Below, one piece after another: positions 10,526 through 21,600 of a stretch of DNA of 60,635 bases. The notes beneath the pieces are model-generated. The model ran no database searches, was not told where the DNA came from, and was given only the letters and a program-made list of their open reading frames with translations. Both the position numbers and the translations under genes were made by a program. How positions within the stretch are numbered: position 1 is the first letter of the stretch; each line of letters opens with the position of its first letter. This DNA is from an uncultured virus (IMG/VR IMGVR_UViG_3300025865_000001) (taxonomy: Duplodnaviria > Heunggongvirae > Uroviricota > Caudoviricetes): IMG/VR virus record IMGVR_UViG_3300025865_000001. One strand, 5' to 3'.

Positions 10526-10699
10526 TTATATGTTGTTTATAATATTTTTTTGGCTAATTAATTGTTCATAAATAGCATCAATATCTGTATCACCATCATC
10601 AGTCCAAACTTGAGGTGATAATTGTAAGTTTTCAAAATCGGGTAATACAAATACCCAATTACAACCATCTCGTATAACACGCATTTCTTCTATTACCAT
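10526..10699 (-). CDS. Hypothetical 57-aa protein
   Basis: ATG with RBS GGAG, open to TAA; contains DGCNWVFVLPDFENLQLSP. Confidence 0.55.
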   Translation of the reverse strand: MVIEEMRVIRDGCNWVFVLPDFENLQLSPQVWTDDGDTDIDAIYEQLISQKNIINNI

Positions 10700-10729
10700 T
10701 TATTTTCTCCTAATAAAAGATACTTTTTA

Positions 10730-11011
10730 TTATAACATTGGCGGAACAGTTATCCCAATATTGTTATTCCAATCTTCAATCGCACCTTCTCGATGTCTTC
10801 TGCTCCTTGTTCTGATGTTACAAGTATAGCATTTTACAAAGAAATTTATGCGATTGGCTGTACCTTTGATGAAATAATTAATCAAATGTGGCTGATTACC
10901 ACACCCACATAAATTTAGTGCGCTTCTTCCTGAGCAATGACAAAAGAAACCATTAACAGATTCAGTATCATTACAAATTGGTTTGTGACATATTGGACAA
11001 TTGTTCATCAT
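10730..11011 (-). CDS. Lar-like (restriction alleviation) zinc-finger protein
   Basis: CGCG...VKCYTC...AIEDWN pattern. Confidence 0.55.
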   Translation of the reverse strand: MMNNCPICHKPICNDTESVNGFFCHCSGRSALNLCGCGNQPHLINYFIKGTANRINFFVKCYTCNIRTRSRRHREGAIEDWNNNIGITVPPML

Positions 11012-11033
11012 AAAAGATACCTTTCATTTTTTC

Positions 11034-11396
11034 TTATAGATTTTGTTTATTCCAATAATTAATAACATTATGAAAAGATTTTATATTAGAAATGTCTAAT
11101 GATTCTGGATTAGCTAGTACTAATTTTTTATTGAGAGCAAAAGCAATGCCTAAGTCAAAAATACTACCCGTGCTTTTATCGTCCCAAAAAATATGTACTT
11201 CATCAGCATCACCAATAGCATTTTTATTATCTGTACAAATTCGCCACCCACCCGTATCATCCTTCTGATTTGTATCTCTTGCGGGATAATAAACCTTGTT
11301 ACCTGTTTTTTCTAATTGTTCTATATATTCTTTCATTTTTTCTTTTTGTTCATCGGTAGCATTTCTTACAGGACATATTAAAAATATTTTTTTCAT
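11034..11396 (-). CDS. Nucleoside 2-deoxyribosyltransferase-fold protein
   Basis: IFLICPV...YYPARD...ADEVHI...STGSIFDLGIAFALNKK. Confidence 0.65.
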   Translation of the reverse strand: MKKIFLICPVRNATDEQKEKMKEYIEQLEKTGNKVYYPARDTNQKDDTGGWRICTDNKNAIGDADEVHIFWDDKSTGSIFDLGIAFALNKKLVLANPESLDISNIKSFHNVINYWNKQNL

Positions 11397-12469
11397 TTAT
11401 TGCCTAACCTTTTCATTTTGTTTCCAAATTTTTCTGTATATACATCTGTATATTGTTTATAATTATTAAATCCTTTTATACGAGTATCGGGATTTAAAAA
11501 ACTATTTATGTTTCCAACGGGGCACCATAATTTATCAAAATTTTCATCTTCTTTAGCTGTTACAAAATATGTATAATTATATTTTAACCAATTATCAAAT
11601 TCTTTTCCGATTGTATCAATACCACAGCAATTTCGGCTATCTGATAAATAATGTAAATCATTATCACCAGCTCCCAATTTAATTTTAGTAATTTTTTTAA
11701 TTTCATTAAAATTATATTCTTTTATTTCTTTTTTAAGTTCCATATTACGCATAGAACTAGGATAATAATAATCTTCTTTGTTTATAAGTGGCGCAAATAA
11801 GTTTTTAATTTCCTTATTATCGTTTGGAATTTTTAAATGTTCTATGGTAATATAGTTAACAATATTTTCAACAGCAACTACGACCTTCTTGGCTTGTTCT
11901 AAATCAATTAGTGGTTGTAAGCGCATAGATACCCAAAAACCATTATCGTGTAATTTTTGCATAAACGCAATTCTTTCTATTGCGCTTGGGGTATTTCCTT
12001 CATATTTATTAAGAAAACTATCATCATATCCCATTAAGCTAATTTGAAAAGCGTGGATTTTATTATCCATAATTTCCCAATATTTTTCAGGTAAGAAAGC
12101 TTGCTTGGTAGATATAACCATTGGATAATTATATTTTTTGGTCAATTCCAATAATTTATAAGACAATCCTAATTCAAATTCTCTTTTTTGAAAAGGGTCT
12201 GACATTCCACCTAAATGCAAAGGAACTTTTCTTTTTAGGAGTTCAACTGTCACATCCTTATATTCTCTATCGGATTCAAAAGCCTTTATAAATAATTTTT
12301 CAATTTGTTCAAATTCTGCATTATCATAACCTTTTTGAATACCACCACCGCGATTGTTAGCAAAACAATAATTGCAACCAAAATTACAACCCCGATATAG
12401 GTCTATTCTAAAAGCATTTCCACAAAAACGAAACTGCTGAGTTAATTGAATTGGATAAGTATATGTCAT
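11393..12469 (-). CDS. Radical SAM protein (spore photoproduct lyase-like family)
   Basis: GCNFGCNYC, GGMSDPFQ, ISTK, RLQP motifs. Confidence 0.8.
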   Translation of the reverse strand: MTYTYPIQLTQQFRFCGNAFRIDLYRGCNFGCNYCFANNRGGGIQKGYDNAEFEQIEKLFIKAFESDREYKDVTVELLKRKVPLHLGGMSDPFQKREFELGLSYKLLELTKKYNYPMVISTKQAFLPEKYWEIMDNKIHAFQISLMGYDDSFLNKYEGNTPSAIERIAFMQKLHDNGFWVSMRLQPLIDLEQAKKVVVAVENIVNYITIEHLKIPNDNKEIKNLFAPLINKEDYYYPSSMRNMELKKEIKEYNFNEIKKITKIKLGAGDNDLHYLSDSRNCCGIDTIGKEFDNWLKYNYTYFVTAKEDENFDKLWCPVGNINSFLNPDTRIKGFNNYKQYTDVYTEKFGNKMKRLGNK

Positions 12470-12484
12470 AATGAAATCCTTCTT

Positions 12485-12997
12485 TTATTCAATGTCGTGC
12501 CTACTGATTTCTTTTAATGGTAGTACCGTTGGGTCTGAAAAATCATATTCAACAACTTCAAAACCGGCTCCCCAAAAACAACCTTCAACATCGAGAGTAT
12601 TGTCAAATTCATTGTATATAGGTTCTATCCAGCAAAAGAACTGCTGATATTTATATGTAGCTTCTGGTTCATAGCAATATTCTTTTCGATTTGTAAGGTC
12701 TAGTATACTATAGCCACCATGATAATCTCTACCACAAACCATGTAATCATTTCCATTAGTGTGGTGAAGAAAAAGAGAATAAAAACTAGAATAATTTCTT
12801 TTTATATCAAAAAGAAGTTCATCTGTTTCATTAGAATAAACTTTTCCCCTTGTAAAATTCCAATAACGTTTTTCTGGAGTACCAATGGTATAATATGAAA
12901 CCACTACCCGATACTTATTATCATCCGAGTGCCTTATGTCTGGGGCTTTGGTAGGTTTGATATTTTCTTCTATAAAATATTCGTCAATATTATTCAT
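12485..12997 (-). CDS. Hypothetical protein
   Basis: 170-aa ORF in operon. Confidence 0.7.
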   Translation of the reverse strand: MNNIDEYFIEENIKPTKAPDIRHSDDNKYRVVVSYYTIGTPEKRYWNFTRGKVYSNETDELLFDIKRNYSSFYSLFLHHTNGNDYMVCGRDYHGGYSILDLTNRKEYCYEPEATYKYQQFFCWIEPIYNEFDNTLDVEGCFWGAGFEVVEYDFSDPTVLPLKEISRHDIE

Positions 12998-13002
12998 AAG
13001 TA

Positions 13003-13548
13003 TTATTTACCTGTGCTTCCAAATCCTTTATCTCCTCTACCGGTATCATCTAATTTTTCTACCTTGTCATAGGGATGAATATTTATATACATTGTAATCA
13101 ATTGTGCGATTCGGTCACCCTTCTTTACTTCAAATGGTTTATAACTATGATTGAATAAATGTACCATTAGTTCACCGCGATATGTTGCATCAATACAACC
13201 TGCACCAACTTCAATCTTATGTTTTACAGATAAGCCACTACGAGACCAAAGCAATCCTACGTAATTGTCAGGTACGGCAATTTTAATGCCAGTATGAACT
13301 AAGATAGATGAACGTGGTGGAATTGTAATGTCTTCATTTGAAGGCACGTCTAATCCAGCGTCGAATTTATTGATTTTTGTTAACTCAAATTCTTCTGTTG
13401 TATAACTACCAGTCATTGGGGATGATTGTATATAGGACAACCCTTTAAACCAATCACTGCTATCGGTATTATCATTTGTGCTTGTTCCTATATTAGTTGT
13501 AAATATATTATCATTTTCTTGAGTCATATTGTATCCTATACCATACAT
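13003..13548 (-). CDS. dut: Trimeric dUTPase
   Basis: DAGLD, SRSGL, GCIDATYRG, RIAQLI, RGDKGFGSTG motifs; true start may be 13527. Confidence 0.95.
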   Translation of the reverse strand: MYGIGYNMTQENDNIFTTNIGTSTNDNTDSSDWFKGLSYIQSSPMTGSYTTEEFELTKINKFDAGLDVPSNEDITIPPRSSILVHTGIKIAVPDNYVGLLWSRSGLSVKHKIEVGAGCIDATYRGELMVHLFNHSYKPFEVKKGDRIAQLITMYINIHPYDKVEKLDDTGRGDKGFGSTGK

Positions 13549-16493
13549 ACATCATTATTACAAAACTTTTCGCCAACCGCATCGTCTGTGCTCTTGGTAA
13601 AATCAATGGGGGCAATATTTAAAATCATATTATTATATTCCTCTTCGGTAATTGCTTCATATGGCATTTGTGGATAAGCGCCATATTCTAATGTTGGAAG
13701 GAAACTTACACCCTTCAATTGATATTGATAGTACTCAAGTGCCCTTGCTATATCTTTACCTTCTGTATCTGGGTCGAATGTCACAGTTTGAGATACCTGA
13801 TTATCGCTCCAATATCTTTGCATAAAAGCACCCAGAGATAATTGTTCCCACATAGATACATCTTTGATAGTACGCATTTTCTTTCCAAGTGAAACTGGAA
13901 ACTCTACGACTAAGGTGCTATCCTCTTGCCCAACTGCCACCTCAACTTTATATCCTGCGTTTTTAAGTGGTTCAACCAAATCAGAATGCTTAGATAGACG
14001 AATACGCCTAATATAAAAATTACTTTCTGGATAATGTATACCGGCGGTTGCACCAGCTAAAAGACTGACAGTGCCACTAGGTTTTACTGTTGTTACCTTG
14101 ATACTTTTAGGAATGGCAAGCCAATCTGAATAAATGCCATCATAATAACGGACTGTTTGATATCCATCCTCACACCATTTTTTTAATTCTTCAAGTCCTC
14201 TATCTGCAATGAATTGAGCGATACCGGACATCGATAAACCAATGCGCCGATTCCTCAACATAACTCGATTGGTTTCTGCCCAATGTGTTTTAGCGAGTGT
14301 TACAGTTTTGGCATAGAGATAGGCAAATTTTAGGGTGCGTTTGTAATCCTCTAGGTCATTATTCCTATTTGGGAAGGTTTCTACTAGCAAACAAGATTCA
14401 TAGGATTCCAAACTCTGTTCGTTACAATTGTGGGCAATAATTCCGTTGACAATTCCCCAATGATTATTTTCCATCGAGAAATCATAAACATCAATGCTGG
14501 CATAATCTTTGATAGAGCGAACATATGGTGCCTGTTCTATCATAAGTCTCATAAACTTTTGCTTTTTATATTCTTGATAAAAATTTATCTCATTATAAAA
14601 TTTTATTTTTTCGTCATATTTATTGATATTGAGGTCGTAACTTTCTTTAAGAGTATATAAACCATTGCTAAATTGAACTTGAGTTGGCTTATTGGTGGTG
14701 ATATATGAGCCTATATCAAATGTTTCACGTAATATGTGTTGCAAATTTTCAATAAATTTTCTGCTAGTTGCCTTATACGTTATTCTCCCTGTAGATATAA
14801 TCGACCCATTTGCGGAAAAACATCCGCGTAAAAATGAAGCTTTTTCTTTTTTAGACCAACTATCAAACGTTGCTGGAAAATTGCGGTTTGGTAATGTTTT
14901 TCCATCAAATCCCAACGCAATTAATTCGTCTTTAATATCCTGAATATATGCAACCTTCTTGTTCTTGCCAATGGTATATTTCCTACTTTCAATCAGTTTA
15001 AAAATATCTTGGTCTTTTGTTCCTATATGTGCTTCGATACCATGATGTCGTGTTGAATTCAATCGTCCCAAACATCCATCGCCCTGCATAAACCCATAGA
15101 GAATATATTTGCTGTCAAGATTTGTATATGTCAAAAATGGCATAAATTTGTTGTTTTTAGCGTTAGATGCTATTATCTCGCCATTGGTTGTCTTAAATAG
15201 ATGATTTGGCGTACAGATAATTTCATTATTGTTGGATAAAGTTAATTTGACAGTGGACTTGTTGCCACTGTGAAACACTTTTCCAATTTGAATATCGCCA
15301 TTTTCAGCTACTAGGTTTACCGTTTTCCCATCGAGGCTTCCGATGGGTTGATATCCTATGTCGGTAAGAATAGGTGTATTATACGAAAAACAAGGATTTG
15401 CCCCCACAACTTTTATATCTTTATAATCGGGTTTATCTCCCATTCTAGAATATGCTCTTGCATTGTCAAGCCATAATACACCTGGTTCGCCATTATCTTT
15501 AATGTGGTTGGCAATATCAGTATAGTCCATGCCGAGTTTTGCAAAAACAGAGTTATTAGAAGTCCAACCATAATCCATGCGGTCTGGATTTAGTTCATAA
15601 TTTTTTAGGTTTAAAAAGTCTTTATCATTTGCATCACCAAAAGCTATTTCCGCTGTTCGTCGGACATTTCCCGCAATTACACACTTGCCAATCATATTCA
15701 TCGCATCAACAATATCGCTCGATGCAATCTTATCACCTATTCTTTTATTTAGTAATTGTTTTATATTGTTATGCAATTGTTTCAATGCATCAGAACCACT
15801 TGCTACACCACCAAAACCTTTGATTGGTTCTCCTGCGGGTCGAATAAGCGAATAATCAAAGCCCACTGTTTTTTGATTTGGCAAAAAATATGAATTGATA
15901 AGTTTCTCAACACTAATAACCCACCCCTCACGGTCATCTGTGATTTGATAAATGTCTAATTCTTCAAGCGGTTGACTAATAATAAGTTTACCGGCTCCTC
16001 TAGTATCAAATCCAACCCCAACACCCAGCATAGAGGCGTCCATAAGAAAACAAAATGGTTCTGCCAGATTGTCTTTAATATTTTCTGTTGTTACCATCGC
16101 ACAAGAATTGAGGGCTAAATACAAACCTTTTTCTTCTGTAATTGGGCTTCCCCAAGCCCATAGTCCTCTTCCTGCTGGAAGAAACTTCATAGAAAACATT
16201 CTTTCATACATTTCCTGTGCTGATTGTTGAGCCTTACGATTATCCCAGCCTAGATTATTGCTTATAATCCACTTTTTTTGCATGGTATAAACACCCTCTA
16301 TAACACGCCTAATAGTTTGCCACCATTCTTCTTTGTTTCCATCTGGAAGCAACCTTGAATAAGTTCTTCGATAAGTTAATTCTCCAAGCCCATTAAAACC
16401 AAAATCTGGTTTACGTGTTTTATATACTGTAAGAAATTCTTCTGAAAGTCTAAATAGCCTAATATCTTGCTGTTGCTGTTCGTATAATGCCAA
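13536..16493 (-). CDS. nrdJ: Class II (B12-dependent) ribonucleotide reductase containing an intein
   Basis: TYRRTYSR, GNVRRTA, NPC...CNEQSL, KPSGTVS, PYEAI, C-terminal CxxxxC. Confidence 0.92.
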   Translation of the reverse strand: MALYEQQQQDIRLFRLSEEFLTVYKTRKPDFGFNGLGELTYRRTYSRLLPDGNKEEWWQTIRRVIEGVYTMQKKWIISNNLGWDNRKAQQSAQEMYERMFSMKFLPAGRGLWAWGSPITEEKGLYLALNSCAMVTTENIKDNLAEPFCFLMDASMLGVGVGFDTRGAGKLIISQPLEELDIYQITDDREGWVISVEKLINSYFLPNQKTVGFDYSLIRPAGEPIKGFGGVASGSDALKQLHNNIKQLLNKRIGDKIASSDIVDAMNMIGKCVIAGNVRRTAEIAFGDANDKDFLNLKNYELNPDRMDYGWTSNNSVFAKLGMDYTDIANHIKDNGEPGVLWLDNARAYSRMGDKPDYKDIKVVGANPCFSYNTPILTDIGYQPIGSLDGKTVNLVAENGDIQIGKVFHSGNKSTVKLTLSNNNEIICTPNHLFKTTNGEIIASNAKNNKFMPFLTYTNLDSKYILYGFMQGDGCLGRLNSTRHHGIEAHIGTKDQDIFKLIESRKYTIGKNKKVAYIQDIKDELIALGFDGKTLPNRNFPATFDSWSKKEKASFLRGCFSANGSIISTGRITYKATSRKFIENLQHILRETFDIGSYITTNKPTQVQFSNGLYTLKESYDLNINKYDEKIKFYNEINFYQEYKKQKFMRLMIEQAPYVRSIKDYASIDVYDFSMENNHWGIVNGIIAHNCNEQSLESYESCLLVETFPNRNNDLEDYKRTLKFAYLYAKTVTLAKTHWAETNRVMLRNRRIGLSMSGIAQFIADRGLEELKKWCEDGYQTVRYYDGIYSDWLAIPKSIKVTTVKPSGTVSLLAGATAGIHYPESNFYIRRIRLSKHSDLVEPLKNAGYKVEVAVGQEDSTLVVEFPVSLGKKMRTIKDVSMWEQLSLGAFMQRYWSDNQVSQTVTFDPDTEGKDIARALEYYQYQLKGVSFLPTLEYGAYPQMPYEAITEEEYNNMILNIAPIDFTKSTDDAVGEKFCNNDVCMV
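14427..15392 (-). mobile_element. 322-aa intein with LAGLIDADG endonuclease in the NrdJ active-site NPC motif
   Basis: Begins CFSYNT; block B CTPNH; GFMQGDG and GCFSANG LAGLIDADG blocks; ends IIAHN followed by Cys. Confidence 0.92.
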
Positions 16494-16516
16494 TCTTGCC
16501 TCAGTTCTTATTTAAA

Positions 16517-17047
16517 CTATAGTAATTTATAGTGCTCAATGAATTTATCTAGTTCAAGTGCCAGATTCTCCTTACCAGTCTCTGAAACTACTTCCCAATC
16601 AAACGCATACCCATCTAATGCTTTTTCTGATGGGTGATTTTTTTGTGCTTCTGTAAGACCGCTATCAAAGTTAAGTCTTGTAACATGAACAGACAAGGTA
16701 TCAAAATTCTCTTTCATAATAGTAACTTCATCAGGGAACCTAGCGTCACATATGCAAAAGTAGTCATACTGGTCAACAAAAACTTTAATAAAGTTACACA
16801 CAATATCAACCCAAAATGTCGGGTATCTACTTCTTACAAAATTCGTTCCTAGCCATTGTAAAAGTGTTCGACCTGTCTCATCCTTTTTGCCATTCCACTC
16901 TAAATATTGTTTAGCAATAAACTTTAAATAATCTGCATAGTTTATGATTAAAACGCTTTTACCATTTATTTCCATTTTTTCTTTAAAAATTTCGCCAGAT
17001 AAACTCTTACCATGCTGCGCACTACCCGAAAAGGTGATTACTCGCAT
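16517..17047 (-). CDS. Deoxynucleoside monophosphate kinase
   Basis: SGSAQHGKS P-loop, YADYLK, RTLLQWLGT, DARFPDE, HPSE. Confidence 0.85.
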   Translation of the reverse strand: MRVITFSGSAQHGKSLSGEIFKEKMEINGKSVLIINYADYLKFIAKQYLEWNGKKDETGRTLLQWLGTNFVRSRYPTFWVDIVCNFIKVFVDQYDYFCICDARFPDEVTIMKENFDTLSVHVTRLNFDSGLTEAQKNHPSEKALDGYAFDWEVVSETGKENLALELDKFIEHYKLL

Positions 17048-17700
17048 ATTGTCGCTCTATTCTTCTTGGTGGGTTGAATTAACCATTTGGACATATCCCA
17101 TCCCGCGCTTATTCTATAATCTATAGTTTCTCTTTTAATGCCAGCCGTCTCTGCCCACTGCGTAAGAGTTTTGGTTTCGCCGTTAACGTTTATAATCCTA
17201 TTACTTCTCTGATTGTTGTTTTGTGTCTTCATGGTTGCCCACCGACAATTATCGGGGCAATAATTTTCGTTATTATCGATTCTATCTATAGAGAGTCCAG
17301 GATGCCAGCCATTGATAATCGCCCAATCTAAAAATGCTAAAAAATTATCTTTCCACTCATCGCACATAATAATGCCACGCCCACCATATAGCTTATAATT
17401 CTTGTCATGTTCGTGATAACATCTTGCAGTCATTCCAACCCAAGAGTTATATATATGACGATGATTTTTGGTCAATGTTTGGTTATTCCATTTTCCGTGC
17501 CTATTACGCTTACTGCCTACTTCATTTCTTAAACAACCACATGATTTCGTATTCCCATTTAAAAGACCACCCTGTAGTACAAATGTAGTCTTCCCGCATT
17601 CACAAATACATTCCCATGTTTTCCGCTTATTAGTTGTCTCTGTAGCAATTCTTACTAATGTAAGCCTACCAAAATTTTCGCCTTGTTTATACTCATGCAT
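17038..17700 (-). CDS. HNH homing endonuclease
   Basis: FGRLTLV, CICECG, YGGRGI, SIDRIDNNENYCPDNCRWAT. Confidence 0.88.
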   Translation of the reverse strand: MHEYKQGENFGRLTLVRIATETTNKRKTWECICECGKTTFVLQGGLLNGNTKSCGCLRNEVGSKRNRHGKWNNQTLTKNHRHIYNSWVGMTARCYHEHDKNYKLYGGRGIIMCDEWKDNFLAFLDWAIINGWHPGLSIDRIDNNENYCPDNCRWATMKTQNNNQRSNRIINVNGETKTLTQWAETAGIKRETIDYRISAGWDMSKWLIQPTKKNRATICE

Positions 17701-17703
17701 ATA

Positions 17704-18237
17704 TCATGTCCCAAACCACTCCATAATTTCTTTCCAATTATTTACTCTATTATAACCTTCACAATCTTTATTCCAGGGTTTGGTGAATAATAACTGGTCA
17801 CTAGCAAGCGTATTTTCAATATTGTGTATGCCATCATCTATCATAAAATGACCAAAAATTAAAGATTTATCTTTGGCTTCAATGTAATTCTCTAATGTAA
17901 CTGGAAATCCATTTTTTTGAAGCCAGAAGTACTTTGAGCCAGCAGTTTCGATTATTGGTGCAGTCACATATACGACCCGATAACCTCCAGCAATCAATCT
18001 TTTTACACCATCCAATGCTCCTTTTACTGGCGCTACCTTGTTATATAAATCATGGCTTTCTAAAATTTCGTATATCTTGCTCTTCCAATCTGGTTTGACA
18101 AAGTTAGATATGTCCCAATCTGTCACTATATTTGGAGTGATATTATCGTTTGCAAGTTCATTGTAGACGTGTAGCCACTCCTCAACGAGGTTGGCTAGCA
18201 CATCATCAACATCGACTAGAATAATATTATTTTTCAT
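17704..18237 (-). CDS. 5'(3')-deoxyribonucleotidase (HAD)
   Basis: VDVDDVLA, YVTA, K..WL, MIDD, PWN; start moved to MKNNII. Confidence 0.88.
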   Translation of the reverse strand: MKNNIILVDVDDVLANLVEEWLHVYNELANDNITPNIVTDWDISNFVKPDWKSKIYEILESHDLYNKVAPVKGALDGVKRLIAGGYRVVYVTAPIIETAGSKYFWLQKNGFPVTLENYIEAKDKSLIFGHFMIDDGIHNIENTLASDQLLFTKPWNKDCEGYNRVNNWKEIMEWFGT

Positions 18238-18637
18238 TGAATATAATAAATAGACGCCCTTGTTCTGATGGGTCAAAGTACGTCTCAACATCGCCGTTCA
18301 TAAAATAGACTCTCCCGCCGCCATCAATACGAACAATGGGTGCCTGATGTCCTGGCTTCATATTACCAACTTGCCTAATAAGTTGAATACCACCGAGAGA
18401 TACGGGATTTTCAATTTTCTTTGGTAATTCTACTGAACGAATTTTCTCCTCTAACTGCTCTGGTTCAAGAACTAGTTCCTCTTTTTTTTCAACTTCCCAA
18501 GGTGGTGATTCTACTGGAAGTTCCGGTTCTACTACTAATTTTGTTACTACGCCTTCGACTTTTAAATGACCTACTAGCCGTTCAAATTCTTGGTCTTTAT
18601 TTAAATTTAACTCATTTATTACTTTTTTACGTGTCAT
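18227..18637 (-). CDS. Hypothetical protein
   Basis: 136-aa ORF with RBS GGAGG downstream of a promoter. Confidence 0.7.
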   Translation of the reverse strand: MTRKKVINELNLNKDQEFERLVGHLKVEGVVTKLVVEPELPVESPPWEVEKKEELVLEPEQLEEKIRSVELPKKIENPVSLGGIQLIRQVGNMKPGHQAPIVRIDGGGRVYFMNGDVETYFDPSEQGRLFIIFNEK

Positions 18638-18670
18638 AAATTATTCCTCCGAATATATTTTTATATAGAT

Positions 18671-18699
18671 ATTATACCATATTTTCCTATAAATGTCAA
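18671..18699 (-). promoter_or_regulatory. Sigma70/sigmaA promoter
   Basis: TTGACA-N17-TATAAT with extended -10 TG. Confidence 0.85.
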
Positions 18700-21600
18700 G
18701 CAAAATGTTCTACAATTTTCAACAAGTCATCGGGTGAAACAATGCTATACTTATAAGTCCACCAATCATATTTCCCCTCCTCGTCCATGAATACGCCATC
18801 TTGAAAAGTTCTGCGTGGTTCCTTTTTAAAATATACTAGACTGCCGTCACTCCGTTTTGTAAAATCAAGTTTTATGATTTCATTACCACCAAATGGATTA
18901 TCCTCATAAACACTTTTTCTTATTTTCAATGAATTTACTGTGCCTGTTGCCAAGCAATAGGTTTCAACCCTTGGAGCATATTTAGTATCAACTGAGGTGA
19001 TATATAAATAATTTTTTGGAATATTATATTGTGCTTGAATGGCTCCTAGCACTTCTAAATCCATAGAAAGTTGGGTAACTAAATCAAAATGCTCGTCAGG
19101 AAGGCTATTCCAATACTCTTTCAAACCAGCCAATCTTTTTTCCTTAGTCGCATCTTTATGAGTACGGATATATCTATTCTTACCTTCAATAAATTCTTTG
19201 TGAAACTGGTAGAGTTTTTTATTGCCACCAAATTTTTCAAAAAATTGTATCATAATTAAGTTTTCAAAATAAGAGTACAACATAGAATGTTCTTCGGCAT
19301 AAATAAGCAGTTCCATAAAATCAGTGAATTCCTGTTGTGCTAGCGCCCACATATCCTCTCCAACTTTTTTACCAAGACCTTTGAGACTTTGAAGGCTAGA
19401 TGTTATTTCCCACTTATCTTTATCTGCAACAATTTTTCGATTGTCCTGCCCAAAACGATATGGTGGAAATTTAATTTTATAAGCGCGCTTTGCTTCATCT
19501 TTGGCAAGTGCCAATCTTTCCTTATCTCCATCATGTTCACATTGGTTTAGTAATACTTCATAAAATGCCAGAGGATATGTGGATTTCAAATAAGCACCAT
19601 AAAGACCATCACCAGCAACTGAGAACGAATGCGATGCGTTAAAACTATAGGCGGAACTATCCTCAATAACCTGCCACGTATCGGCGCTGATTTGTTCAGC
19701 TTTATCTTTTGGCAAATCTTCATCTTTTGAAAGGCGTTTTGTCATACCTTTCATAAATATGTCTTTATATTTGAATACTTTTTCTGCTCTTTTTTTAGCA
19801 ATATTTTTTACAACTTCATACGTTTCTGATATAGGAATACCAGCATAACGCATGACCGCCATAGCATTTTCTTGATATAGCATGTATGAATACGGAAACT
19901 GTTCAGTTTGTATTTGTTTATCTAAGGTAGGAACACCATAGTTAAAAGGTTCTCTATTCTCAAATCGATGATAGTATGATTTGAATCCAGGACGAATGGC
20001 TGCGACAAAAGCTGATAGTTCGGATATATTTTGGGGTGCATACTTAGCAACACGTCCGCTAGTAGAACCTTGTTCTAATTGATTAATACCAACAGTCCAA
20101 GCATTTTTATAAACTTCCCACACCTTATCATTATTTTCACTCAATTTGATAAGTTCAGGTAGTGTATGTGGTTTTATCCCTATTTTTTCGTATACTTGAT
20201 AAATCAATTCTACAACAGATACTTTCAGTAAATCATTTTTTAGAAAATGATATGCTTCTGCCCATAGTCCATCCATGAGCGTGCATAAATTATCTTTTAA
20301 TCTAATAAGACCAATTTCCTCTACAATATTATTGCTATAGAGAAGATAACCACATGGGGCAACCTTTGCATCACTAATAGTACCTTGATATTTTATACTT
20401 GCTTTATACATATTAGCATATTTTTTGTTGATGTAATCCATAACATCAATATCTTGTCTATCTTCTTCATTTTCTGCGTGCTTTATTGCCATTTCATATT
20501 TTTCGATATCGTCAGAAACAGCATTTGCAGTTGGGAAATCAAGTCCTTGTGAACGTGCGTAAATTTTCCAGGCTGCCTTTGGCTTTGCAGTACCATATGC
20601 AATCATTGGGAATGAATTATTTTCACCCAAGATTTCTTTCTGTGCTTGATAAAAGACTTCTGGATTACCTAAATTCAAATCAATATCTGGCAGAGTACCA
20701 GCATCAAGAATACGTTCTTTGGTAATAAACCGCTCTGGAAACAACTTTACTTCTGCTGAGATACGGTCAATTGTAGTAAACCCTAAGAGCTTTGAGACAT
20801 AAAAGCTAGGAGCAGAACCCCTAGATGTTAGGGTAATGTGTCCACCCATCTCAACACCACGTTTCACAATCGCATAGTCAAGTAGAAAATAGTCCGCCAT
20901 ATGAGTTTCAACAATGGTATCAACTTCTTTGGCTATTTCTTTTTCATATAGTTTCCACTTGTCTTTTGGTACATTATTCTTTTCTAATTCCCACTGTGAT
21001 TCAATCAACTCTGTGAAAATTATATCTTTTTCTTCCTGGGTTTTGTTGGAATAAATGGTTGGTAATTTAACATTACTACTAAAAATTGGGCTTGTATATT
21101 CTTCTACTTGCTCAAAAGTTAATGTATTGGATAGTGCTTCTTCAATCTGTGCCGTAGTCAATATACCCTGTTTTATAAATCGCCTGTATACTTCTTCATA
21201 ACTAGGAAAATCCATAAACCAGTTGTTTTCGTCTTCGTATTTTATTCCACGAGACAATAGAAAATCATCCCTATCTTTTGCCTGATTAGGATAAATATAA
21301 TGACTATCCATACCAGCAATAATAGGGATGTTGTACTGATTGCTTAAATTTATAATGAGTTTATTAAGTTCTGCCTGTTCCTTAACATGATGTGGCTGAA
21401 CTTCGAGAAAGAAATTATTGCCAAAGTGTTCTTGGCATTTTAGAATAATGTCTTGATATTTATCTAGTTTCCATATACCCGCAAGGCAAGCAGTGGTAAC
21501 CCAAACATCGTCTTTTGGTAAAGAGAACAGTAATCCTAAATCAATTCGAGCCTTGTAATAAAAGCCATCAATATTTGCTTGTGAAATAATCTTATTTATA

